From an uncultured Thermoleophilia bacterium (GTDB lineage: Bacteria; Actinomycetota; Thermoleophilia; Solirubrobacterales; CAVPYU01): DNA of 64,000 bases. Position 1 is the stretch's first letter, and the number at the start of each line of letters is the position of its first letter. The position numbers were made by a program, and so were the translations under genes. The stretch spans positions 491,053 to 555,052 of the forward strand of contig CAVPYU010000005.1 in assembly GCA_963710065.1 (NCBI GenBank), written 5' to 3'. Below, one piece after another: positions 45,410-54,207 of this stretch. The notes below the pieces were generated by a model. It was not told where the DNA came from. It did not search any database and saw only the letters and a program-made list of their open reading frames with translations.

Positions 45410-45797
45410 CAACGATCGTTGGCTCTCTTGCCCTCAGTATCTCTCCCGTGCCATTTACACTCAAGACCACCTCGATCCACCCTCGCTGTCGGTTGATCGA
45501 TCTAGCCGTAGGCAATCTATCGGCAGATCCGGGTATATGTCTTTATATGCAATTCCTTTGCAGTCACTTCAATTTTACCTTCATGCCATATTTGAATAAC
45601 AAACATAGCGGCATCCCTGCCGCCAGTGTCTTCTCTTAGATATAAGACGTTTTCTTATTGTTTAGCGTCCAGACGTCCCATTTTGCGCCTCCAGTCGAAT
45701 GATCGTCTTTAGCATAACCCCTCCGTGGAGAGGCGAATAGCGCGAGCCAATTTCACTCCCGCACCCTGCTGTCCGGCAGGATAAGTCTCAATCTCAA

Positions 45798-45872
45798 GTG
45801 GAGGTTTTGTGGAGGTTTTTGCAGCCTTTTTTAAGTTTTTATAAGTTTTTACAAGTTTTAGGAGGTTTCAGT
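45798..45872 (+). promoter_or_regulatory. Seven phased T-tracts (10-12 bp period), predicted intrinsically curved DNA, ending in a consensus Shine-Dalgarno
   Basis: The units are GTGGAGGTTTT / GTGGAGGTTTTT / GCAGCCTTTTTT / AAGTTTTTAT / AAGTTTTTAC / AAGTTTTAGG / AGGTTTCAGT. GGAGGTTT occurs three times, and the last copy (AGGAGG 45860-45865) lies 7 nt before ATG 45873. Confidence 0.55.
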
Positions 45873-45911
45873 ATGTATACGGACGTGCTCTGCAAAATGA
45901 TGCCATTGTGA
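45873..45911 (+). CDS. Candidate 12-codon leader peptide (uORF) upstream of the MFS transporter
   Basis: AGGAGG-N7-ATG precedes atg tat acg gac gtg ctc tgc aaa atg atg cca ttg tga, which encodes MYTDVLCKMMPL*. No comparable SD precedes either candidate start of the transporter. Confidence 0.35.
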   Translation: MYTDVLCKMMPL

Positions 45912-45920
45912 CGTTGCTGC

Positions 45921-47312
45921 ATGAACCTGATGCCCTGGTATGGCCATAATCTGCGGCGATCCCTGCCATCGGCTTTTGTTTGCGGCTGTATCTCTACATG
46001 GTGCAAACAACTAAGCTCTGCCGCCGTGCGTATAGACACAAAGCCATTTAAACGTGTGGTGTTTCGTCGTCTGTGGTCTGCCGAGGTTGTAAACATCGTC
46101 GGTGACTGGGTCGGAGATATCGCTCTCGCCATCCTCGTCTTTGACCAGACGGGAAGCGCACTGGCGACGGCTCTCCTGTTTATTGCGATGAGATTCCTGC
46201 CGGCGTTGGCTGCACCGGCTTTCGCTGCACGGGCGGAGGCGTTCCCTGCCCGATGGAGCCTGCCGCTGATCTACTTCGTGGAGGCCTGCCTGTTCGTTGT
46301 TCTGGCAGTGCTTGCCGATAACTTCTTCCTCCCTGCGATTGCGCTGATCGCTTTCCTTGACGGAACCCTCGCGATGAGTGGCCGCACGCTTATCCGCTGG
46401 TCAACGGTATCGATACTAAAACCACACGGTGAGTTACGAGCTGGCAACTCTCTACTCAATCTAGCGTTTACCTGGGGGTCGGTCTTCGCACCTTTGATTG
46501 CGGGCGTGCTGGTGGCGCTGATCGGGGCACGTGACGCCTTGCTGATTGACGCTGGAACGTTCCTGATAGCGGCCATTGTCCTGCTAAACGTAAAGGGCTT
46601 GCCTGGGGCCGAGCCTGCGGCTGCATTTTGGCGCGATCGGCTCAAAGAGGGGTTTGAGTACGTGAAGGGCCACGACGTCCTGCTACCGCTCCTGGCAACC
46701 CTGGGAGCCGTTGTCATGTTCACCGATCTGGTGCTCCCGCTCGAGATCATCTTTGTCAAGGAGACACTCGGCGCCGGTGATACCGGATACGGAGTATTCA
46801 TCGCTGCATGGGGTGTCGGGATGGCGATCGGCGGTCTCTGGTTTGCGGTTACAAACTCGAAGCGCTTACATGTGCTCCTGCTCTACTCGGTTGTGCTGAT
46901 AGCAGTTGCCTATATCGGTACGGCGCTTTCACCGGATATCTATGTTGCGTCGGCTGTGCAGGTGGTAGGCGGGTTCGGTAACGGCTTTCAGTGGGTTGCG
47001 CTGATCACCCTGATCCAGGAGATGATCGACGACAGGTTCCAGGTTAGGGTTATCTCTCTACTCGAGTCTGTCGATAAGTTCATGCCTGGTATCGGTTTTG
47101 TACTTGGCGGTCTCATCGGCTCTATCTTTTCTACGAGGATCGGCTTTATGGTCGCCGGGGTCGGTGTGCTTCTAACGCTCGCTGTCGCGTTCAGGAAGCT
47201 TCGTAGTGTTCCCTGGCCCGATGTCACGTCGACTGACGTGGAGGGCTTGGAAGCCGCCTCAGTTGCCGGTAAGCACGTCTCCGGGAGCGAACAGGACTTA
47301 TTTCCCGACTAG
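45921..47312 (+). CDS. MFS transporter (MFS_3 / EntS-like, 12 TMS)
   Basis: The 463-aa ORF contains FRRLWSAEVVNIVGDWVGDIALAILVF, typical of this MFS subfamily. The first 35 codons look non-native. GTG 46026 (VRIDTKPFKRVVFRRLW) is the more likely start. Confidence 0.85.
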   Translation: MNLMPWYGHNLRRSLPSAFVCGCISTWCKQLSSAAVRIDTKPFKRVVFRRLWSAEVVNIVGDWVGDIALAILVFDQTGSALATALLFIAMRFLPALAAPAFAARAEAFPARWSLPLIYFVEACLFVVLAVLADNFFLPAIALIAFLDGTLAMSGRTLIRWSTVSILKPHGELRAGNSLLNLAFTWGSVFAPLIAGVLVALIGARDALLIDAGTFLIAAIVLLNVKGLPGAEPAAAFWRDRLKEGFEYVKGHDVLLPLLATLGAVVMFTDLVLPLEIIFVKETLGAGDTGYGVFIAAWGVGMAIGGLWFAVTNSKRLHVLLLYSVVLIAVAYIGTALSPDIYVASAVQVVGGFGNGFQWVALITLIQEMIDDRFQVRVISLLESVDKFMPGIGFVLGGLIGSIFSTRIGFMVAGVGVLLTLAVAFRKLRSVPWPDVTSTDVEGLEAASVAGKHVSGSEQDLFPD

Positions 47313-47360
47313 GCGCAGATCAGTACCCCAGGGCCTACTGCAACGTGATCGGAAGGATGT

Positions 47361-48434
47361 CTACTTTAGAAAGTCGGGGATATCGATCTCGTCGTCCGAG
47401 ATCTCCAAACTGCTTCGCTGTCTGTCTACTGCGGTATCGCGTTCCTTGCGGCCGGCTCTTGCCCCGACGCGTGCCTTTGAGCCTCCGTAGCCTCCGTCGA
47501 ATCCGGTCGCGACAACGGTGACCTTCACCTCGTCGCTCATCGACTCATCTATGACTGCTCCGAAGATTATGTTGCAGTTTGAGTCCGCCGCTCCGGATAC
47601 CAGCTCGGCTGCCTCGTTCACTTCAAAGAGGCCCATATCTTTACCACCGGTTATGTTCATCAGGATGGCCGTAGCTCCGTCGACCGGATGCTCGAGTAAC
47701 GGAGACGAGATCGCCTCCTTGGCCGCCTCGGCAGCACGGTTCTCACCACCGGCAGCTCCGATTCCCATCAATGCTGAGCCTGCATCGCGCATGATCGTGC
47801 GCACATCGGCAAAGTCGAGGTTTATCAGGCCGGGGATAGTTATCAGATCGGTTATTCCCTTAATACCTTGGTAGAGAATGTCGTCAGCCTCTCGGAATGC
47901 TTCCAGCATGGTTGTTCTGCGTTCCACAGTCGCCAAGAGCTTCTCGTTGGGGATGACTATCAGCGTATCCACCCTGTCTCGCAGGGTGCGGATACCTTCC
48001 TCAGCCTGGGTTATCCGACGCTTGCCCTCGAAATCGAACGGGCGCGTCACGACACCCACTGTCAGAGCACCAACTTCCTCCTTGGCAATCTCAGCTATTA
48101 CCGGTGCGCCACCGGTTCCGGTACCGCCGCCCTCACCCGCGGTTACGAAAACCATATCTGCGCCCTTTAAGGACTCCTTGATCTCATCGTGGTTCTCGCT
48201 CGCCGCGGCAAGACCTACGTCTGGATTTGCCCCAGCACCCAATCCTTTTGTTATCTGGGCGCCGATGTTCAGCTTTACATCCGAATCGCACATCAAAAGC
48301 GCCTGAGCATCGGTATTGACCGCGATAAACTCCACGCCCCTAAGGCCGGCATCTATCATGCGATTGACAGCGTTGCTGCCGCCGCCGCCGACTCCGACTA
48401 CCTTCAAGACTGCTAAATAGCTGTTTGTATCCAT
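47361..48434 (-). CDS. ftsZ: Cell division protein FtsZ
   Basis: 357 aa with [26 protein letters not shown] and NLDFADV. The conserved C-terminal peptide [11 protein letters not shown] is present. Confidence 0.98.
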   Translation of the reverse strand: MDTNSYLAVLKVVGVGGGGSNAVNRMIDAGLRGVEFIAVNTDAQALLMCDSDVKLNIGAQITKGLGAGANPDVGLAAASENHDEIKESLKGADMVFVTAGEGGGTGTGGAPVIAEIAKEEVGALTVGVVTRPFDFEGKRRITQAEEGIRTLRDRVDTLIVIPNEKLLATVERRTTMLEAFREADDILYQGIKGITDLITIPGLINLDFADVRTIMRDAGSALMGIGAAGGENRAAEAAKEAISSPLLEHPVDGATAILMNITGGKDMGLFEVNEAAELVSGAADSNCNIIFGAVIDESMSDEVKVTVVATGFDGGYGGSKARVGARAGRKERDTAVDRQRSSLEISDDEIDIPDFLK

Positions 48435-48530
48435 ATATATCTACACCCTCAAGTAGCGATTGAGCGTTCTCCTCTGCCCTCAAGTTGTGCTCTAGAGTTT
48501 TATCCAGTACTGCTTGTTCCTCTAGTTTGC

Positions 48531-48559
48531 ACGATAGGACAGGATATCCTCCCTGTCAA
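48531..48559 (-). promoter_or_regulatory. Candidate sigma-70-type promoter for ftsZ
   Basis: The minus strand carries TTGACA (48559-48554), a 17-nt spacer and TATCGT (48536-48531), about 95 nt upstream of the ftsZ ATG. Confidence 0.3.
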
Positions 48560-48633
48560 CGGCGCAAGATTTCATGCAAAATCAAAACTCTAAAGTTGAG
48601 GTTGAGAGTTTGCCTGAACCCTCAAGCTTTGGT

Positions 48634-49671
48634 TTAGGGTTGCGGGCTGACTCCGCCGCCTGTCGGAGTCTGGGTCCTAGAGGTGTTGCCGGTGGCTGGC
48701 GGTTGAGGGGCAACTCCTGCTTCCGGGGCCGGTTTAACTCCCTGCGGTGGCGCTGGAGCAGCACCTGTCCCCTGTCCATCTGCCGGGGCTGCCGGTTGCT
48801 GATGCTGATCCTGTCCAGCGAGGAGAGGTGTGACCGGCACCGGGGTCTCTGTAGGGGCGGCGGGAGTACCTTGGATTAGCTCAGGCTGGACCCCTTGGTC
48901 GCCCAGTCCGCCAACCGCTGACCTTTCTGGAGAGCTCACATCTATATATGTAGCGCCGCGTACACTCGGTTCAGCCAGCAGCCGTGAGGCTGCCAACCAC
49001 TGGCGTTTCGGATCGGTTCCCTCACCGAAGTAGATCCTCGGCCCCTTTCGCATGACAACGATCAACCCACTCTCCCCGACATAGACAGATTTCACCTGTT
49101 TGCGCCAGGATGCGGGAGTGGCCACAAGAAGCGCAAGAGATGCCTTCGAGGTCGCGCCCGTCATCTTGTCGCCAGTGACCTTCTGCTGTACTCGAATTCT
49201 GGGGAGATTCACTCCTTTAGCACCCTCGACCACCGCACCGGTATCCGTGACTACGGCCGTACCGGAAGAGGTCGTCACTCGGGCAATGAGCGAGTGATGG
49301 ACAACATTCAGCGTCATCTTGTCGGGAAGAGCGGGATCGGCGCGTATCTCTTTGATGGCCGGATAACGATCGGCAACTCGTGCAAGCGCATCGTTATCTA
49401 TATGAAGTGTCGTCATGCTTTTTGCTGCACGCTTGATCTCATCTGAAAGCGCCTTCGGGTCGCTCTTTGTGACTCCACCTATCTTCACGGTCTTTACCTC
49501 CACAAGAGATGAGTCACGCAACCACATGTACCCGAACCCCAAAACGATCAGGCTTACCGCTATGACCACGATCGGCGTGTTCAGGCCACCCGACTTTCGC
49601 GCAGTTTTCTTTCGCGAGCGAGACGATCTTCTTGCCCTCGATCTGAGTGCGTGACTAGCTGCTGGAGTCAT
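48634..49671 (-). CDS. ftsQ: Cell division protein FtsQ/DivIB with a Pro-rich C-terminal extension
   Basis: It has a basic N-terminus, one TM (IVVIAVSLIVLGFGYMWL) and a POTRA-like segment (SSLVEVKTVKIGGVTKSDPKALSDEI). About 100 aa of Pro/Ala/Gln-rich tail follow. The start is taken as ATG 49671; the track ORF start 49740 lies inside murB. Confidence 0.8.
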   Translation of the reverse strand: MTPAASHALRSRARRSSRSRKKTARKSGGLNTPIVVIAVSLIVLGFGYMWLRDSSLVEVKTVKIGGVTKSDPKALSDEIKRAAKSMTTLHIDNDALARVADRYPAIKEIRADPALPDKMTLNVVHHSLIARVTTSSGTAVVTDTGAVVEGAKGVNLPRIRVQQKVTGDKMTGATSKASLALLVATPASWRKQVKSVYVGESGLIVVMRKGPRIYFGEGTDPKRQWLAASRLLAEPSVRGATYIDVSSPERSAVGGLGDQGVQPELIQGTPAAPTETPVPVTPLLAGQDQHQQPAAPADGQGTGAAPAPPQGVKPAPEAGVAPQPPATGNTSRTQTPTGGGVSPQP

Positions 49672-50581
49672 TTTCCCACAAACGCGTTGCCGTTGCCGAT
49701 CTACCGATGAACTGGACTTCGGGCTCCAGCTTGACGCCAAATTTGTCTTTTACTCGATCGCGAGTCTCCCCCATCACGCTCAGCACATCTTCTGTGGTCG
49801 CATCACCGGTGTTCTCTATGAAGTTGGCATGTTTTTCCGAAACTTTTGCACCGCCGACGTTTAGCCCCTTGCAACCGGCTGCCTCAATCAGCTGCCCTGC
49901 TTTCTGTCCCTGCGCTTTTTCGTCCTCCGGGTTCTTGAAGGTGCTGCCAAACGTCTTTATCCCCGAGGGCTGCGCCTCCCTCCTGCTCGACCTCATCGAC
50001 TCGAGGGTCTTCTTGACCTCCTCGCTGGCTGCACTCTCCAAGGCAAACGAGGCTCGAATGACTATCTCGTCAGAACCAATATTTGAAGATCGGTAGCCAA
50101 AATCGAGATCTCCGGGCAATCTCTTTTGAATACCTGATGAAGATGCGACCTGAGCATATTCGAGCGTGTCGCTCAGCTGCCCACCGTACGCGTTTGCATT
50201 CATCTTCACTGCGCCCCCAACAGTTCCGGGGATGCTGACACCAAACTCGATGCCGGACAGCCCGAGCGATGCGGCGCGTGCAGATACCTGGGGCAGTCGC
50301 GCTCCCCCGCCACATATGAGGCGATTCCTAAGTTGTTCAATTGCCGCGAGGTTCCCGTCAAGCTTGAGCACCAATCCCTGGACACCTTCATCCGCTACCA
50401 AAAGGTTCGATCCCGAGCCTATTACTCCTACCGTCAAGCCCTCGGAATCGGCCCATGCAAGCAAAGAGACAACTTGCTCCTCATCCTCGACTGAAGCGAA
50501 GAAGTCAGCCGCACCACCGGTTTTTATGGTGGTCAGTCGCGCTAGAGGATATTTCTCATCAACTTGATCGGGTATCTGCAT
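49655..50581 (-). CDS. murB: UDP-N-acetylenolpyruvoylglucosamine reductase
   Basis: 308 aa with the FAD-binding motifs TTIKTGGAADFF and VIGSGSNLLV, plus GSTFKNP. Confidence 0.93.
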   Translation of the reverse strand: MQIPDQVDEKYPLARLTTIKTGGAADFFASVEDEEQVVSLLAWADSEGLTVGVIGSGSNLLVADEGVQGLVLKLDGNLAAIEQLRNRLICGGGARLPQVSARAASLGLSGIEFGVSIPGTVGGAVKMNANAYGGQLSDTLEYAQVASSSGIQKRLPGDLDFGYRSSNIGSDEIVIRASFALESAASEEVKKTLESMRSSRREAQPSGIKTFGSTFKNPEDEKAQGQKAGQLIEAAGCKGLNVGGAKVSEKHANFIENTGDATTEDVLSVMGETRDRVKDKFGVKLEPEVQFIGRSATATRLWENDSSS

Positions 50582-50657
50582 CTAGATGGGGTCCCTGGTC
50601 GTAGACGTTAGCTCCACTGTTGTCTTTGCAGGCAATGGGCAGTTTCCTGCGCGGTGA

Positions 50658-50694
50658 CAAAAAGACCGGCCGGACATCTCTGCCCGGCCGGTCT
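50658..50694 (-). terminator. Rho-independent terminator after the frameshifted secreted-protein gene
   Basis: The minus sense reads AGACCGGCCGG-gcagagatgt-CCGGCCGGTCT, an 11-bp GC-rich stem followed by TTTTTG. It begins about 47 nt after the stop at 50741. Confidence 0.8.
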
Positions 50695-50740
50695 CTTGTC
50701 AGCGCCGAATGTCAGCGTCTGGTGTCCCCAATGCTTGTGT

Positions 50741-52483
50741 CTAGCGACCGACCCTCAACTTCAGCGTCTGGTGCCTTCTGTCGCGCACCTTGTTCTTGTC
50801 GTCTTGGGCCTCACCCGTTGCCTGAAGCTTGAAGTAGACCGTCGTACGGGCGATTCGCTTTGCCCGCTTGCTGGCACGCTTCAGCCTCTTGCGCTGAGAG
50901 CTTGACAGCTTCAGCCGGTAGACGACCTTGGTGCCGGAGCTAACCTTGATGCCACTCTTGGTCGCCAGGCTCTTGGCTTTCGTGCTCTTGACGTTCTTCT
51001 TCGAAAGGCGCAGAAGTGTAAGCGAGCGTCCCCACATTGCAAGATTCAGCTTCACGGTCGCTGAGGTCGAGGCCTCGAGCTGTACCCGAACGCCCTTGCT
51101 GCTGACAAGATCGCTCCACTTGAGCTTGTTGCCGCCGACCTTCTTGACCTTTATCTTCAAAGGTGCTGCACAGTTTGTGAAGCTGCCTATCTTGCTACGT
51201 GAGACGGATCCCTTAGATTTCGGCTTGCTGCCTTTCTTTGTGAGCTTGGTGTTCTTTTGCAGGCTCACCTTCTTATTATTCAGCTTGGAGAGCTTTTTGT
51301 CCCCGAGATCCAGGTTGGCCTTGACCAGTAGTCTCAAGCTGTTGTTGCCGCGCTTCTTCAACGCTTTCTTCAACTGTGACCTTGCCGACTTTGGTCAGGC
51401 GCAGCTTGCTCTTTTTGGTCTTGCCCGCGCTGAGCTTGATCTGCTTGCGCGCTATCAGACGTTTCGCCTTCTTGCCTTTGCCGAGCCACTTCTTGACGTC
51501 GCCATTGGTCCTCAGGAGAACATCGACGGTGGCCTTGCCGGACTGATTCGCATCTATCTCGACCGGCACGCCCTTGCTCAGCATGTACTTTGCCGCGACC
51601 GTTTTGTATGTCTTCAAAGTCGCCTTGTAGTCGATTCGATTGCAGACCTGTCCACCGGATACGCCCTGTGGGGGGTGGTGGCGGAGCTGACGCCGGCTCG
51701 AAGTCGGCGTTCATCAGCAAGCGAAGAGAGATCCAGTCCGTGCCGGAAATGTCTCCATCGTTTGCGGCCACCGAATTCAAGGGACCCCAGCATTGAAGCG
51801 TTGCACCATTCGCGATCATCTGCAGACAGCCATAGCCGAGATCGTCCTCGTAGCCACCGACACCGATTGCGAAAAACCCGCTCAGGCTTGCCTTGCCATC
51901 GTAATTATATCCTGGCACTTGCCCGAACGCGATCAGATCTCCCGCCTGTACCGACATCGGATTGACACTGAAATGACGAACCACGCTGGGCGAACCGATC
52001 GGAGCAGACTCGACTGTTTTCGACTCTGAAGCAACAACCGTGTACTTGTACTCCGACCCGGGAACCTTCCTTAACACACCGAACTGTATGGGGTAGCTAT
52101 CCACCACCTCCTCGCAGGTATCTGAGTCATAGGCAGATGGGGGCCTGAATCGAAAAGCCGCTGATCGTACCGGCACTCGGTGCTGTGTATTTATGACCAG
52201 ATCGTTGGTCTGCTTTACCAAAGATCGTGGACGGTGGGCCATCACCGTCTTGGCCATCACCGTCGCCGGGGTCGCCGGGGTCGCCGCCGGGCTCAAACGG
52301 GACACAGTCGTCGATACTGTCAAACTCCATCATCATGCCGGGAAGCTGCGGACCGATTCTGTCCGCGCGTGCCGGTGATACGACGATGGCGATTAGTAAC
52401 GTCGCCAGCGCCATTGTAAAAATAGCTATTACGGCATATGTTTTGCTGCCGTTCTGTTTGCATCGTGCAATGGGAATCATCAT
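50741..52483 (-). pseudogene. Secreted protein gene (signal peptide, beta-rich domain, long Lys-rich Ig-like tail) broken by three frameshifts
   Basis: GAAGGAG precedes ATG 52483, and the signal peptide is MMIPIARCKQNGSKTYAVIAIFTMALATLLIAIVVSPARA. Frame changes are needed at G5 52139-52143 (...GFSIQAP/PSAYDSDTCEEVV...), at G6 51670-51675 (...ASAPPPPP/QGVSGGQVCNRIDYKATLKTYKTVAAKYM...) and near 51370 (...KVGKVTV/KKALKKRGNNSLRLLVKANLD...). Track ORFs 52127-52483, 51370-52323, 51276-51617 and 50741-51373 are its fragments. Confidence 0.7.
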
Positions 52484-52664
52484 GGGCTCCTTCGTAAAAT
52501 CCGTACTCCCGGATTCGTTCCAGGAATGGGGTCTATACAGGGGATCCGCGAGATGTCCTGAAATTACGAAAAAAGTTGGCTACTCAGATCGGAGAAAACC
52601 ATACTCGGTCCGAACTTTGGTTGTATATGCGTGTTTGTAAGGCGTAACCTCTATTTAAGGAGGG

Positions 52665-53333
52665 ATGAACATGCCGTGGAGAGACGCATCGGCTAGACGC
52701 AGAGCTTGCATCGCAGGCCTGGTCACGATTGCGGTTCTTGGCTCTATATTTGTGCTCTCCTATGCAGACAGCGCCCGTACCCAGAGCGGATCCAAGTCTT
52801 TTCAGTCCGGGATAAGTATCAGGAAAACCAAGTTGTACTGCAGTGGCCAGGACAACAGGATCTATCTGAAATCGGTTGCAACTTACGGACAACCGATCGA
52901 GCAGCACAACCTGGCTGAGCGGGTCGCTCTGGTGCAAGTCAAGGTACAAGTACTTAAAAGAAAGGGCAAAAGGCGGGTTATCGCCTCAGCGATTGAAAAG
53001 GGTAGTGTGGAGTTCAAGCCCACAGACCGAAAGATCTCGCGTCTCCATACCGTTCGCTTCGGTCCAAAGCATTCGAAACGCATTCTCCGTTACGCATACG
53101 GTAAGTCGAGTTGTAAGGATCGTAAGTTGAAGGGAGTGATTGTAAGGCTGCATGCCAGCGAATCGTTCAAATCTTCTTCATCAAATAGCGCTACCTCGAT
53201 GAAGCGGCATCTGCAAAGAAAACGACAATCGCAGTTAAGAAAGGTTCGCTACAGATCATGCGTGCCCTACCGAGCATCGGACTGTTCGAGCGCCCCACGC
53301 GCCGGAGTCAGAGCATGGACAGACCGAGTCTGA
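52665..53333 (+). CDS. Secreted basic protein (signal anchor + Lys/Arg-rich beta module)
   Basis: AAGGAGGG lies 6 nt before ATG 52665. A hydrophobic segment CIAGLVTIAVLGSIFVLSYA is present. The body (VQVKVQVLKRKGKRRVIASAIEKGSVEFKPTDRKISRLHTVRFGPKHSKRILRY) resembles the basic modules elsewhere in the window. It may continue into the next feature. Confidence 0.55.
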   Translation: MNMPWRDASARRRACIAGLVTIAVLGSIFVLSYADSARTQSGSKSFQSGISIRKTKLYCSGQDNRIYLKSVATYGQPIEQHNLAERVALVQVKVQVLKRKGKRRVIASAIEKGSVEFKPTDRKISRLHTVRFGPKHSKRILRYAYGKSSCKDRKLKGVIVRLHASESFKSSSSNSATSMKRHLQRKRQSQLRKVRYRSCVPYRASDCSSAPRAGVRAWTDRV

Positions 53334-54207
53334 GAATGCCGAGACAGGGCCAGGCCCAGACGACTCATCGTCGTGTGTTCCGGGTGATCGGCTTGAAGGA
53401 CCGCCGACATCGGACTACTCACAGAGAAGCGAGATCGGATCCGTCGAGTCAGGTGAGATCGACGAGGCTTCCGGATTGGCCTCCAGTAGAAAAAACTCTG
53501 GTGTCATATGGCTACACAACGACTCTGGCGACTCCGCGCGGCTATTTGCGATAAACACCGAAGGGGCAACTGCTTGGAACCTACGCGATTAGCGGAGCAT
53601 CGGCTCACGATTGGGAGGACCTGGCGATCGGGCCGGGGCCAGAGCCTGGGGTCGATTATCTCTATATCGGCGATATGGGCGATAACTCTGCAGTTCGCGG
53701 CTCGGTGACGATCTACCGAGTGGAGGAGCCGTCGGTGTCTGACGATCGGACAGGTCAAGATGCAAGCCTTTCAGTGTCAGATTCGATACAGCTCACCTAC
53801 CCTGACGGGGCGCGTGACGCAGAGACATTGATGGTCGACCCGCAGGACGAAGCGGTGTACGTCGTTTCGAAACGTGAGGCTCGTCTCTACGCATCTATCG
53901 CCTGGCAAGCGATGAGTGGGCAGATCCAACGGCAACTCTGGATTACCTCGACACACTGTCCTGGGGAGGCGCCGTAGGAGGCGACATCTCTCCCGGTGGA
54001 GACGAAGTGCTGATCAAAGGCTACTGGTCTGTGTACCGTTATGAGCGTACAGCCGGGACGACTATGCCTGATGCATTATCGGGAAGCGCAACGACCCTCT
54101 CCTACACGGCCGAACCCCAAGGTGAGGCGATCGCATTCTGTGGTCAGGGCTCTGGGTACTTCACCCTCAGTGAGGGCTTGAACCAACCTCTTTACTACTA
54201 CTACTAG
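53334..54207 (+). pseudogene. Beta-propeller-like secreted domain gene, at least three frame changes; possibly the 3' part of the preceding ORF
   Basis: Hand translation gives an acidic linker (...APESEHGQTESENAETGPGPDDSSS...). It continues SGEIDEASGLASSRKNSGVIWLHNDSGDSARLFAINTEG, then a shift at G4 53563-53566, then QLLGTYAISGASAHDWEDLAIGPGPEPGVDYLYIGDMGDNSAVRGSVTIYRVEEP...VYVVSKREA. After a shift near 53885 it reads R(I/L)YRLASDEWADPTATLDYLDTLSWGGAVGGDISPGGDEVLIKGYWSVYRYE...LYYYY*. Confidence 0.5.

Noticed and set aside
45798-45872. Tandem repeats considered as a CRISPR array or minisatellite
   Set aside because: The units are only 10-12 bp, with no spacers and no cas genes. The periodic T-tracts fit curved DNA far better.
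50928-51965. Uninterrupted 345-aa plus-strand ORF, the longest intact ORF in that region
   Set aside because: It is Leu/Phe/Arg/Ser-rich with no SD or domain features. It is the exact antisense of Lys/Glu-rich coding sequence (AAG/AAA/GAA read as CTT/TTT/TTC). The minus-strand reading has an SD, signal peptide, domain-like text and a terminator despite its frameshifts.
51670-52143. Poly-G tracts as phase-variation (contingency) switches in surface-protein genes
   Set aside because: The tracts are only 4-6 nt, shorter than typical slippage switches. Each affected gene carries several independent shifts, including some at non-G sites. That is incompatible with a simple reversible ON/OFF switch.
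30591-52600. Shared 10-mer TCCTGAAATT upstream of the YVTN gene (about 30690) and in the 52.5-kb divergent region, considered as a second regulon motif
   Set aside because: There are only two copies, no consistent downstream -10 element, and the orientation relative to the genes differs.
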